DNA of 64,000 nt. It comes from Occultella glacieicola (lineage in GTDB: Bacteria > Actinomycetota > Actinomycetes > Actinomycetales > Beutenbergiaceae). The notes below the pieces were generated by a model, which saw nothing but the letters and a program-made list of their open reading frames with translations, had not been told where the DNA came from and did not search any database. The position numbers and the translations under genes were made by a program. The stretch covers positions 62,001-126,000 of the forward strand of contig NZ_SMNA01000007.1 in assembly GCF_004353825.1 (NCBI RefSeq). The letters run 5' to 3'. Positions 18,444 to 27,178 of the stretch are shown here, piece after piece; the stretch's first letter is position 1, and the number at the start of each line of letters is the position of its first letter.

Positions 18444-20131
18444 TGCCCGGCGACGCGACCCTCGTGTTCATCGCCATCAGCGGGATCTTCGCGTTCTCGT
18501 TCTACGCCGTCCTGGTGGCGGGGCAGCTCAGCCTCGGCCAGGCCGGTTTCGCGGCCATCGCCGCGTTCGGCTCGGCCACGCTCGCTCCCGCGCCGTCGCA
18601 GGTGGGTGACGTCCCGGCGCTGCTGATCGCGGTCGCGATCGGGATGTCGATGGGCGTGCTCGCCTCGATCGTGCTGGGTCTTCCGACGATGCATCTGCGT
18701 GGGGTGTTCCTGGCGATCGCGACCCTCGGGTTCGCCGAGGCCGTGCGCATCCTGATCATCAACATGGAGTCGCTCGGCGGCGCCCAGGGCATGCCGGTCC
18801 CGAAGGTGGTGACCCCCGCGATCGCGTGGGTGTTCCTGCTGCTGGTGGCCTACTGGTTCTGGCGGCAGGGTCCGTCCCGGTACGGCCGGGCGCTGGCCGC
18901 GATCCGGGAGGACGAGCTGGCCGCCCGAGCGATGGGCATCGACGTGGGCCGCCATCGCCTGCAGGTGTTCGTGACCTCCGGCGCCCTCGCGGGGCTCTAC
19001 GGCGTCCTCTGGGCGTACTTCGTGAGGCTGATCGCGCCGGAGGACTTCTCGTTCACGACCGCGATCGATGGTCTGGTCACGGCGGTGGTCGGGGGCTCGA
19101 CGCTGTTCGTCGGCCCGATCCTGGGCAGCATCTTCCTGACCCTGGTGCCGGACCTGCAGCGGGCGATCGGGATTGACGCCGGCTGGATCCGGCCCTTCCT
19201 GGCCAGCCTGCTGTTGCTCCTGGTGATCCTGTTCCTGCCCGGCGGGCTGGCCAGCCTCGTTCCGCGCCGGGTCCGGATGCCTGCCGTCACGGGGACCGAC
19301 CTCGGCAGCGAGGCCGCCGGGCTGGAGACGAGGCAGCACCCGGCCGACGGCGAACCGGTGGTCCGGCTCCGCGGGCTCAGCAAGGACTACGGCGGGGTGC
19401 ACGCGGTGCGTGGCGTGGACCTCGAGGTCACCGGTGGTGAGATCCTCGGCCTGATCGGGCCGAACGGCGCGGGCAAGACCACACTGGTCAACATGATCAG
19501 CGGCCTGGTCCGCGGCACCTCGGGCACGGTCGAGGTCCTGGGGATCCGACCCGGACGCACGGCCGTGCACCGGGTCGCCGCCGCCGGCGTGAGCCGCACC
19601 TTCCAGCAGTCCCGGTTGTTCCCGCGACTGTCCGCCCTGGAGAACACCCTCGTCGGCAGCCACGTCCTCACCCGACCGACCTTCGTGCGCCGGATGCTCT
19701 GGTTGCCGTCCGCCCGCCGCGACGAGCAACGTGCCCTGCAGCACGCGGCCCGGTGCCTGCGCCGGGTCGGCCTTGCGGACAAGGCCGCAGTGCCCGCCAA
19801 GGCGCTCTCGTACGGGGACCAGCGACGCCTGGAGATCGCCCGCGCGCTCGCCGCGGACCCGTCCCTGCTGATCCTGGACGAACCCGCCGCCGGGATGAAC
19901 CACGTCGAGGCGGCCGGGCTCTCCGACCTGATCGGCGCGCTGGGGCGGGACGGCCTGACGATCCTGCTGATCGAGCACAACGTCGCGATGGTGATGCGCA
20001 CCTGCTCCCGGATCGTGGTGCTCAACTTCGGTGAGGTCATCGCAACCGGCTCCCCGGAGGAGGTGGCCGCGAACAGCGAGGTGGTCGAGGCCTACCTGGG
20101 CAGTGCCGAGCCCGAGGGGGAACCACGATGA
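18443..20131 (+). CDS. Fused LivM-type permease / LivG-type ATP-binding protein
   Basis: GQLSLGQAGF and AIREDELAA permease motifs, then GPNGAGKT, LSYGDQRR, LDEPAAG. TGATG coupling at 18443. Confidence 0.9.
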   Translation: MPGDATLVFIAISGIFAFSFYAVLVAGQLSLGQAGFAAIAAFGSATLAPAPSQVGDVPALLIAVAIGMSMGVLASIVLGLPTMHLRGVFLAIATLGFAEAVRILIINMESLGGAQGMPVPKVVTPAIAWVFLLLVAYWFWRQGPSRYGRALAAIREDELAARAMGIDVGRHRLQVFVTSGALAGLYGVLWAYFVRLIAPEDFSFTTAIDGLVTAVVGGSTLFVGPILGSIFLTLVPDLQRAIGIDAGWIRPFLASLLLLLVILFLPGGLASLVPRRVRMPAVTGTDLGSEAAGLETRQHPADGEPVVRLRGLSKDYGGVHAVRGVDLEVTGGEILGLIGPNGAGKTTLVNMISGLVRGTSGTVEVLGIRPGRTAVHRVAAAGVSRTFQQSRLFPRLSALENTLVGSHVLTRPTFVRRMLWLPSARRDEQRALQHAARCLRRVGLADKAAVPAKALSYGDQRRLEIARALAADPSLLILDEPAAGMNHVEAAGLSDLIGALGRDGLTILLIEHNVAMVMRTCSRIVVLNFGEVIATGSPEEVAANSEVVEAYLGSAEPEGEPR

Positions 20132-20838
20132 CCGGGCTGACCGGGCCGATCCTGACGGTCGAGGACCTGCGGGTGCGCTACGGCCGGGTGGAGGCGGTGC
20201 GCGGGGTGAGCTTCGACGCCGCCGCGGGCGAGCTCGTGACCCTGGTCGGTGCCAACGGGGCCGGCAAGAGTTCGATCATCAACGCCGTCTCCGGCCTGGT
20301 GCGCCCGCGGGGCGGCCGGATCCTCTTCGAGGGCCGCGACATCACCCGAACGCCCGCCCACCGGCTGGTCCGGTCCGGCCTAGTGCAGGTGCCGGAGGGC
20401 AGACAGATCCTGGCGACGCTCACCGTCGAGGAGAACCTCAGGCTCGGGGCACCCCGCCGGGCCGGCATCGGGGAGGTCTACGGGCGCTTCCCGGTCCTCG
20501 CCGAGCGCCGACGGAGTCCGGCCGGCACCCTGTCCGGTGGCGAGCAGCAGATGCTGGCGATCGGCCGTGCCCTCGTGGCCCGGCCCCGGCTGATCCTGCT
20601 CGACGAGCCGTCGATGGGTCTGGCCCCCCGGATCGTCGACGAGGTGTTCGGCGTGATCGGGGAGATCCGTTCCTCCGGTACCACCGTGGTCCTGGTCGAG
20701 CAGAACGCCCGCCGGGCCCTGCGGGCCGCCGATCACGGCTACATCCTGGCCAGCGGTGAGATCGTCCACAGCGGTCCGGCGGCCGAGCTGCTCGGCGATG
20801 ACCGGGTGGTCCAGGCCTACCTCGGGGTGGAGACCTGA
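20128..20838 (+). CDS. livF: Branched-chain amino acid ABC ATP-binding protein
   Basis: GANGAGKS, VPEGR, LSGGEQQML, LDEPSMGLAP, VEQN. Confidence 0.92.
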   Translation: MTGLTGPILTVEDLRVRYGRVEAVRGVSFDAAAGELVTLVGANGAGKSSIINAVSGLVRPRGGRILFEGRDITRTPAHRLVRSGLVQVPEGRQILATLTVEENLRLGAPRRAGIGEVYGRFPVLAERRRSPAGTLSGGEQQMLAIGRALVARPRLILLDEPSMGLAPRIVDEVFGVIGEIRSSGTTVVLVEQNARRALRAADHGYILASGEIVHSGPAAELLGDDRVVQAYLGVET

Positions 20839-20844
20839 GGACTC

Positions 20845-21459
20845 CTACCCGCGTGGGTCCGGCTCACGGACCTGGATCCGGAGGTGGTCGAACCCGTCGA
20901 GACCGAGGACGTCGAGGACGCCCGGTACCAGGTCCGGGTCCGGCCGGAAGTGCACCGTGGTGCCGGTCGCGCCGGTCATGCCCGCGACCTCCTCGAGCTC
21001 GCCGACCGGGATGCCGTGTTCGTAGCGCTGGCGCCAGGCACCCTCGTCCCGGTGGTTGGTGTGCACCAGCCAGGTGCTCAGGGCCGCGACCACGGACATG
21101 CCCCGGCGGGCCCGACCGTCCGGGAGCGGCGTCGCCTCCGTGGTGTCGAAGAAGCGAAGGTCCTTCGTCGCCATGACCGGCTTGCGGATGACCGTCCCGT
21201 CCGCGCGGCGGTGGACGGCGGTGCCGCGCCCGTCGTCGGTCACCGAGACGGAACCGTCCGGATACCGGGTGAGCACCACGGTGCCGGTCCGGGCACCCGC
21301 GGCGGCCTCCTCGTCGGCGTACGCGAGCACCTCCTGGACCAGGTGCGTCACGCCTCCGCCGACCAGGCGGGCGGCGCCGGCACGGATCGCGGCGAGATGG
21401 TCCAGGTCCACGGGCTGGGCCCACTCGTGGGTGGTGGCGGCGGGGAGGTCGGAGGTCAT
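20845..21459 (-). CDS. Stand-alone GyrB/ParE-like GHKL ATPase domain protein (degenerate)
   Basis: HLVQEV...EAAAG, DGSVSVTDDGRG, GMSVVAALS, QRYEHGIP, TGTTVHFRPD. Confidence 0.75.
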   Translation of the reverse strand: MTSDLPAATTHEWAQPVDLDHLAAIRAGAARLVGGGVTHLVQEVLAYADEEAAAGARTGTVVLTRYPDGSVSVTDDGRGTAVHRRADGTVIRKPVMATKDLRFFDTTEATPLPDGRARRGMSVVAALSTWLVHTNHRDEGAWRQRYEHGIPVGELEEVAGMTGATGTTVHFRPDPDLVPGVLDVLGLDGFDHLRIQVREPDPRG

Positions 21460-21517
21460 CCCCGCATCCTGCCACCGGCGTGTCCGCGCGGGTGCCGGCC
21501 GAGGCCCTCGACCGGAT

Positions 21518-22747
21518 CTAGGGCAGCGGGTCCTGCTCCGGGGAGGGCACCGGCCGGGTGGTCTCGGCCGCCCGCATCGTGCGGCTCGCGGCGATGGCGA
21601 GCAGGGCGGCGGTGAGGCCGGCGCCCATCACCACGACGTACCCGCCGCGTGGTCCGAAGGAGTCGACGGCCTGTCCGGACAGGGACGTGCCGACGGCGAA
21701 CCCGAGGCCGATCGCGGTGCCCACCCAGGTCAGGCCCTCGGTCAGCCGGGACGACGGAACCAGGGCCTGCACGAGCGCGTTGCCGGTGATGATCGTCGGT
21801 GCGATCGTGAACCCGGTCACGAACATCACCGGCGCCAGGACGAACAGGGAGTCCACCCACACGAACAGGCTGACCCCGAGCGCCAGCAGGATGACGCCGC
21901 CGACGAACCGCTTCCACAGCGGCGCCACCCACTCCCGGGCACCGTAGAGCAGACCGGAGATCAGGGAGCCGGCCGCCATCACCGCAAGCATCACACCGGC
22001 CCACGCCTTCGCGCCGTGGGCTTCGGAGAACGCGACCGTCGCCACGTCCGAGGCGCCGAAGATGATGCCCATCCCGACGAACACGACCGCGATCACGACC
22101 ATCGCGCCGGAACGCATCACCGAGCGGTGCTCACCCTGCGGCGGGCGGCCCGAGGGCGGCGGTTCGGTGGCCCGCTGGGACAGGAACCAGAACCCGCCCG
22201 CCCCGGCCGCGACGATCGCGGTGACCAGTCCCGCCGTCGGGCTGATCGAGGTGGCCAGGAACGTGGCCAGCACCGGCCCGATCACGAACACCAGTTCGTC
22301 GAGCGCGGACTCCAGCGAGTACGCGGTGTGCAGCTCCCGCGGCCCGTCGATCACCAGGTTCCACCGTGCCCGTACCATCGCGCCCATCGAGCCGACGGTC
22401 GCACCACTGAGCACGGCGGCGAGGTAGAGCCAGACCTCGTCCGCGCGGACCGACCCGACGACCGTGATCGCGACCAGGCCGGTCATCGCGACCGCGAGTG
22501 ATCGGCGCATCACCCTCGCCTGCCCGAACCGGTCCACGAGCCGGGCGATCTGGGGCGCGCAGACCGCCTGGGCCAGCGCGTAGGCGGCGGCCACCCGGCC
22601 GGCCAGGCCGTAGGTGTCGTACACGGCCGAGATCATCAGCACGATCGAGATGGTGACCATCGACATCGGCAGCCGGGCGAGGACTCCGGCGGTCGAGAAG
22701 GCGAGGGCGCCGGGCCTGCTCAGCACGCGGCGGTAGGGGGCGAGCAC
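21518..22747 (-). CDS. MFS transporter
   Basis: ARLPMSM, RLVDRFGQ motif A, ESALDELVFVIGP, about 12 TM segments. Start at 22747 or 22762. Confidence 0.88.
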   Translation of the reverse strand: MLAPYRRVLSRPGALAFSTAGVLARLPMSMVTISIVLMISAVYDTYGLAGRVAAAYALAQAVCAPQIARLVDRFGQARVMRRSLAVAMTGLVAITVVGSVRADEVWLYLAAVLSGATVGSMGAMVRARWNLVIDGPRELHTAYSLESALDELVFVIGPVLATFLATSISPTAGLVTAIVAAGAGGFWFLSQRATEPPPSGRPPQGEHRSVMRSGAMVVIAVVFVGMGIIFGASDVATVAFSEAHGAKAWAGVMLAVMAAGSLISGLLYGAREWVAPLWKRFVGGVILLALGVSLFVWVDSLFVLAPVMFVTGFTIAPTIITGNALVQALVPSSRLTEGLTWVGTAIGLGFAVGTSLSGQAVDSFGPRGGYVVVMGAGLTAALLAIAASRTMRAAETTRPVPSPEQDPLP

Positions 22748-22814
22748 GATAGATTCTTGCACCGTCCGACCACCACACTGCCCGGGGGATCCGCCGTCGC
22801 GGTAGCGTGCACCG

Positions 22815-23471
22815 ATGAGGATCACGAAGCGTGAGCATGCCTGCCTGATCGTCGAGCACGGCGACCCCGGGTCCGGCGACGCGGTGCTCGTCATCGACCC
22901 GGGCTCGTTCTCCACCCTTCCGGACCTGGGCTCCCTCGGCCCGGTCGCGGCTGTCGTGCTCACCCACGCGCACGCCGACCACGCCCATCCCGAGCACCTG
23001 GCCGCGCTCCGGGATGCGAACCCGGACGCCGTGTTCCTCGGGCCGCCGGCCGTGGCGGCGGCGGTCGCGGGCATCGGGATCCAGGTGGTGCAGGCCGGTC
23101 AGTCCTTGACCGTCGGCCCGTTCGAGCTGACCTTCCACGGCGGGGTGCACGCCCGGATCCACTCCTCGATACCGCCGGTGGACAACGTCGGGGTCAGCGT
23201 GAACGGCGTCCTGTACCACCCGGGCGACTCCCTCGAGCCCGCCGTCACCGGGATGCCGGTGCTGGCCGCCCCGGTGAGCGGGCCCTGGCTCAAGGCGGGC
23301 GAGGTGATGGACCTGGTCGGCGCCGTCGGCGCCGCGCACGTGGTGCCGATCCACGAGAGCCACGCCTCCGCCGTCGGGCAGCAGTTGATGGCGCGGCTCG
23401 TGGGCGGCGCGGCCGAGGCGGCCGGTGGGCGCTACGACGCGCTCGCGGTCGGCGAGTCCCTGGAGGTCTAG
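22815..23471 (+). CDS. MBL-fold metallo-hydrolase
   Basis: HACL, IDPG, THAHADH, YHPGDS, VPIHE. Confidence 0.9.
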   Translation: MRITKREHACLIVEHGDPGSGDAVLVIDPGSFSTLPDLGSLGPVAAVVLTHAHADHAHPEHLAALRDANPDAVFLGPPAVAAAVAGIGIQVVQAGQSLTVGPFELTFHGGVHARIHSSIPPVDNVGVSVNGVLYHPGDSLEPAVTGMPVLAAPVSGPWLKAGEVMDLVGAVGAAHVVPIHESHASAVGQQLMARLVGGAAEAAGGRYDALAVGESLEV

Positions 23472-23478
23472 CCGTGGC

Positions 23479-23555
23479 CGCTGAGATCGCACCTGCCGTT
23501 GTGAGTTAGCACCGTGCACCGGTGCGAAGTCACACTGTGAGGTGCGATCTCAGCG
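23479..23555. repeat. 77-bp imperfect palindrome (REP/MITE-like)
   Basis: CGCTGAGATCGCACCT ... AGGTGCGATCTCAGCG 16-bp terminal inverted repeats plus inner stems. Confidence 0.65.
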
Positions 23556-23564
23556 ATCTGGGCG

Positions 23565-25244
23565 TCAGTCGGCGAGCGCCTGGCTGACCACGTCCTTGGC
23601 GGCCTCCTGCACCTGGGTCAGGTGGTCGGCGGAGACGAACGACTCCGCGTAGATCTTGTACACGTCCTCGGTGCCGGACGGCCGCGCCGCGAACCAGGCG
23701 TCCGCGGTCGTCACCTTGAGGCCGCCGATCGCGGCGCCGTTGCCGGGCGCGGCCACGAGCCGGTCGGTGATCGGCTGCCCGGCGAGTTCGGTCGCCGAGA
23801 CGGCGTCGGGGGCGAGGGCGCCGAGCCTGGCCTTCTGCTCCCGCGTCGCAGGGGCGTCCACCCGGGCGTACCAGCTCTCCCCGTGCTCGGCCACCTGCTC
23901 CTCATGCAACTGGCTGGGGGAGCGGCCGGTCACGGCCTGGATCTCGGAGGCGAGCAGCGCGAGCAGGATGCCGTCCTTGTCCGTGGTCCAGACCGACCCG
24001 TCCTGCCGCAGGAACGAGGCCCCCGCGGACTCCTCGCCACCAAACCCGACGGACCCGTCGAGCAGGCCCGGAACGAACCACTTGAACCCGACCGGCACCT
24101 CCATCAGCGGGCGGCCAAGCCCGCCGACCACCCGGTCGATGAGCGCGGACGAGACGAGTGTCTTGCCGACCCCGGTGCGCGGACCCCAGCCGTCGCGGTG
24201 GGAGTACAGGTAGGCGATCGCCACGGCGAGATAGTGGTTCGGGTTCATCAGGCCACCGTCGGGCGTGACGATGCCGTGCCGGTCCGCGTCCGCGTCGTTG
24301 CCGGTCGCGATGTCGTACGGGGCGGCGGCGCCCTCGGCGCGCATCGTGTTCACCAGCGACGCCATCGCCGACGGCGAGGAGCAGTCCATCCGGATCTTGC
24401 CGTCCCAGTCGAGCGTCATGAACGCCCACCGCGGATCCACGACCGGGTTCACCACGGTCAGGTCCAGGCTGTGCCGGTCGGCGATCGCGGCCCAGTAGTC
24501 CACGGAGGCGCCCCCGAGCGGGTCCGCCCCGATCCGGATGCCGGCGGAGCGGATCGCGTCCAGGTCCAGCACCGACTCCAGGTCGTCGACGTAGGTGAGC
24601 AGGAAGTCGTGCTTGTGCACGGTCGCGGCCCCGACGGCGCGCTCGTAGGGCACCCGGGGGACGGCGTCGAGGCCGGAGCGGAGCAACGCGTTCGCGCGGC
24701 GTGCGATCGCGCCGGTCGCCTCGGAGTCGGCCGGGCCACCGTGCGGCGGGTTGTACTTGAACCCGCCGTCGCGCGGGGGGTTGTGCGAGGGCGTCACCAC
24801 GATGCCGTCCGCCAGGCCGGGCCCGCGCGTGCGCACGCCCTCGGCGGAGCCGGCACCGTTGTAGCGCAGGATCGAGTGGGACACGGCCGGGGTCGGGGTG
24901 TAGGAGTCCCGGGCGTCGATGTGCACCTCCACCCCGGCGCCGGCGAGGACCTCGAGAGCGGTCCGGGTGGCCGGTTCGGACAGGGCGTGGGTGTCGCGGC
25001 CCAGGTACAGCGGGCCGTCCGTGCCCTGCGTCGCCCGATACTCGACGATCGCCTGGGTGATCGCGACGATGTGCGCCTCGTTGAACGCGGTGTCCAGGCT
25101 GGAGCCCCGGTGCCCGGACGTCCCGAACACCACCTGCTGGCTCACCTCGTCCGGATCGGGGGTCCGGTCGTAGTAGGCGGAGACGACGGCGTCGACGTCG
25201 ATGAGGTCCTCGGGGAGGGCGACCTGCCCAGCGCGCTCATGCAT
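23565..25244 (-). CDS. pgm: Phosphoglucomutase (alpha-D-glucose-1,6-bisphosphate-dependent)
   Basis: [60 protein letters not shown]. Confidence 0.97.
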   Translation of the reverse strand: MHERAGQVALPEDLIDVDAVVSAYYDRTPDPDEVSQQVVFGTSGHRGSSLDTAFNEAHIVAITQAIVEYRATQGTDGPLYLGRDTHALSEPATRTALEVLAGAGVEVHIDARDSYTPTPAVSHSILRYNGAGSAEGVRTRGPGLADGIVVTPSHNPPRDGGFKYNPPHGGPADSEATGAIARRANALLRSGLDAVPRVPYERAVGAATVHKHDFLLTYVDDLESVLDLDAIRSAGIRIGADPLGGASVDYWAAIADRHSLDLTVVNPVVDPRWAFMTLDWDGKIRMDCSSPSAMASLVNTMRAEGAAAPYDIATGNDADADRHGIVTPDGGLMNPNHYLAVAIAYLYSHRDGWGPRTGVGKTLVSSALIDRVVGGLGRPLMEVPVGFKWFVPGLLDGSVGFGGEESAGASFLRQDGSVWTTDKDGILLALLASEIQAVTGRSPSQLHEEQVAEHGESWYARVDAPATREQKARLGALAPDAVSATELAGQPITDRLVAAPGNGAAIGGLKVTTADAWFAARPSGTEDVYKIYAESFVSADHLTQVQEAAKDVVSQALAD

Positions 25245-25327
25245 GTCCTCGATCCTGCCACCGCTCGGGCGGTACTGGCGAGCGGTCGGGTTCGGCCCTG
25301 CGCCCGTGGCGTCGATAGGGTGCGGTC

Positions 25328-26239
25328 ATGGCCAAACGCAAGAAGTCCGACGGCGTCAATGAGAAGGTCGCGGCCCGTCGCGCCGCGCGCAAGGCGGCTC
25401 AGGCGGCGAACGCCGCGGGCGCCGCGGGTGAGGGCGTGCGGCGCACCTTCGCCGGTCTGCCGGGGGAGGCGGACTGGGTCGCGATGCGCGAGGTGGTTCC
25501 GGCCGCCACGGCGACGGCGCGCACCACCAGCGCCCACGGATCGCGGGACGTCGTGGTCGCCTCGTTGATCCCGGGCATGCTGCCGGCCATGCACCGCACC
25601 GACGGCGTCATCATGGTCGCGCTGCAGACCGCGTCCACGAGCGCCGACCCCAGCCGGGACGTCGCTGCGGCCCTGCTGGAGATCCTCGACACCGAGCCCG
25701 GCACGAGCCTGGACCACTTCGAGCTGCCCGGCCCGGGGCCCCGCCTGCAGGACGTCCTGGACACCGAGTTCCCGTTCGAGGTCACGGTTCACGCGGGCTT
25801 CGACTTCGTGGTGCCCGACGGCGTGGAGCCGGAACCGGAGCTGGCGGCCGCACTCGAGGAGTTCGCGCAGCTGACCGTACCCACCGTGAAGGTGCCCGGC
25901 GTGGAGGCCGCGTACTGGTGCCGGATGGGTGCGCGGGAGTTCCTGCGCTGGTCCCGGACCGAGGACGAGGAGTTGCTCCTCGACGCACTCGCCCGGCTGC
26001 ATGCGAAGCGTGAGTCCGGCCTCGATGAGGACGCCCGGTTCATCGGCGCGTTCCGCTCCAGCGGGCTCGTGGTCCCGGTCTGGGAACTGGCCCGCGGCAC
26101 CGAGGCGGAGGAGCTCGACGACGTCCTCGGCCCCTACCAGGAACGTCTCCTCGCAGCGCTCGCGGTCGACGAGCCGCTGACTGCGGACGAGCGCCGGGCC
26201 CGGGCCGGAATCGTGTCGCGGCAGGTGACGCTCCGGTAG
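25328..26239 (+). CDS. DUF5926-type conserved actinobacterial protein
   Basis: RTFAGLPGEADWVAMREVVPAATA, AAYWC, GAFRSSGLVVPVWEL, ERRARAGIVSRQVTLR (recognised from memory). Confidence 0.75.
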   Translation: MAKRKKSDGVNEKVAARRAARKAAQAANAAGAAGEGVRRTFAGLPGEADWVAMREVVPAATATARTTSAHGSRDVVVASLIPGMLPAMHRTDGVIMVALQTASTSADPSRDVAAALLEILDTEPGTSLDHFELPGPGPRLQDVLDTEFPFEVTVHAGFDFVVPDGVEPEPELAAALEEFAQLTVPTVKVPGVEAAYWCRMGAREFLRWSRTEDEELLLDALARLHAKRESGLDEDARFIGAFRSSGLVVPVWELARGTEAEELDDVLGPYQERLLAALAVDEPLTADERRARAGIVSRQVTLR

Positions 26240-26287
26240 TGGGAGGGTCAACAGGTTCGAAGGCTACGATCGGGTTAGGGTAAAGAA

Positions 26288-27178
26288 GTGAGCAGCGAGT
26301 CGGCCGGGGGCAGCGGTTCCCTACGCGTGATCCGCCGCCGCGCCCCCGACTCCGCCCGGCGGGCCGCCGCGGAAGCGCCGGGGATGGCCTTCCTGCCGGA
26401 CGACCAGCGGGTGGCGGTCGTGATCCCGGCCAAGGACGAGGCCGAACGGATCGCCGCGACGGTGCGGGCCGTGCGGGCGATCCCGCACGTGGACCTCGTG
26501 CTGGTGGTCGACGACGGCTCCGAGGACGACACCCAGCACCTGGCCCGGGGGGCCGGGGCCGTGGTGGTCCGGCACTCCCACAACCGGGGCAAGGCCTCCG
26601 CGATGGAGACCGGCGCCGCTGTGGTGGCCATGCGCGACGCGGAGACCGGCCCGGCGCGGCTGCTGCTGTTCGTGGACGCCGACCTCGGGGCGACCGCGGT
26701 GAACGCCGCCCCGCTGGTGCCGCCGGTGCTGCACGGCAAGGCGGACATGTCGATCGCGACCCTGCCGAAGCAGGCGGGCGCCGCCGGCCGGGGGATCGTC
26801 ACCGGCCTGGCCCGCAGGTCCATCCACGCCGCGACCGGGTGGGCGCCGGCGCAGCCGCTGTCCGGGCAGCGGTGCCTGACCCGGGCCGCGTTCGACGCGG
26901 CGACCCCGCTCGCCCGCGGGTGGGGCGTGGAGACCGGGATGACCATCGACGTGCTTCTCCAGGGTTTCGCCGTGGTGGAGGTGCCCTGCGACCTGCGGCA
27001 CCGGGCCTCCGGCAGCGACCTCAAGGGCCAGTTGCACCGGGCCGCGCAGTACCGGGACGTGGCGATGGCCGTGGCCGCGCGCCGGTTCCGGCACTACAAG
27101 CAGCGCGTCAGCCGCGATCCGAGCGAGGCAGCCGGGCCTTCCGGTGAGGCCGGGCAGGCCGCCGGCCCCGAGCGCTGA
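26288..27178 (+). CDS. Glycosyltransferase family 2
   Basis: VVIPAKDE, VVDDGSEDDT, NRGK, LFVDADL, PLSGQR. Confidence 0.9.
   Translation: MSSESAGGSGSLRVIRRRAPDSARRAAAEAPGMAFLPDDQRVAVVIPAKDEAERIAATVRAVRAIPHVDLVLVVDDGSEDDTQHLARGAGAVVVRHSHNRGKASAMETGAAVVAMRDAETGPARLLLFVDADLGATAVNAAPLVPPVLHGKADMSIATLPKQAGAAGRGIVTGLARRSIHAATGWAPAQPLSGQRCLTRAAFDAATPLARGWGVETGMTIDVLLQGFAVVEVPCDLRHRASGSDLKGQLHRAAQYRDVAMAVAARRFRHYKQRVSRDPSEAAGPSGEAGQAAGPER

Noticed and set aside
18443..20131. LivM-LivG fusion as a novelty
   Set aside because: Permease-ATPase fusions are common in Liv-type systems
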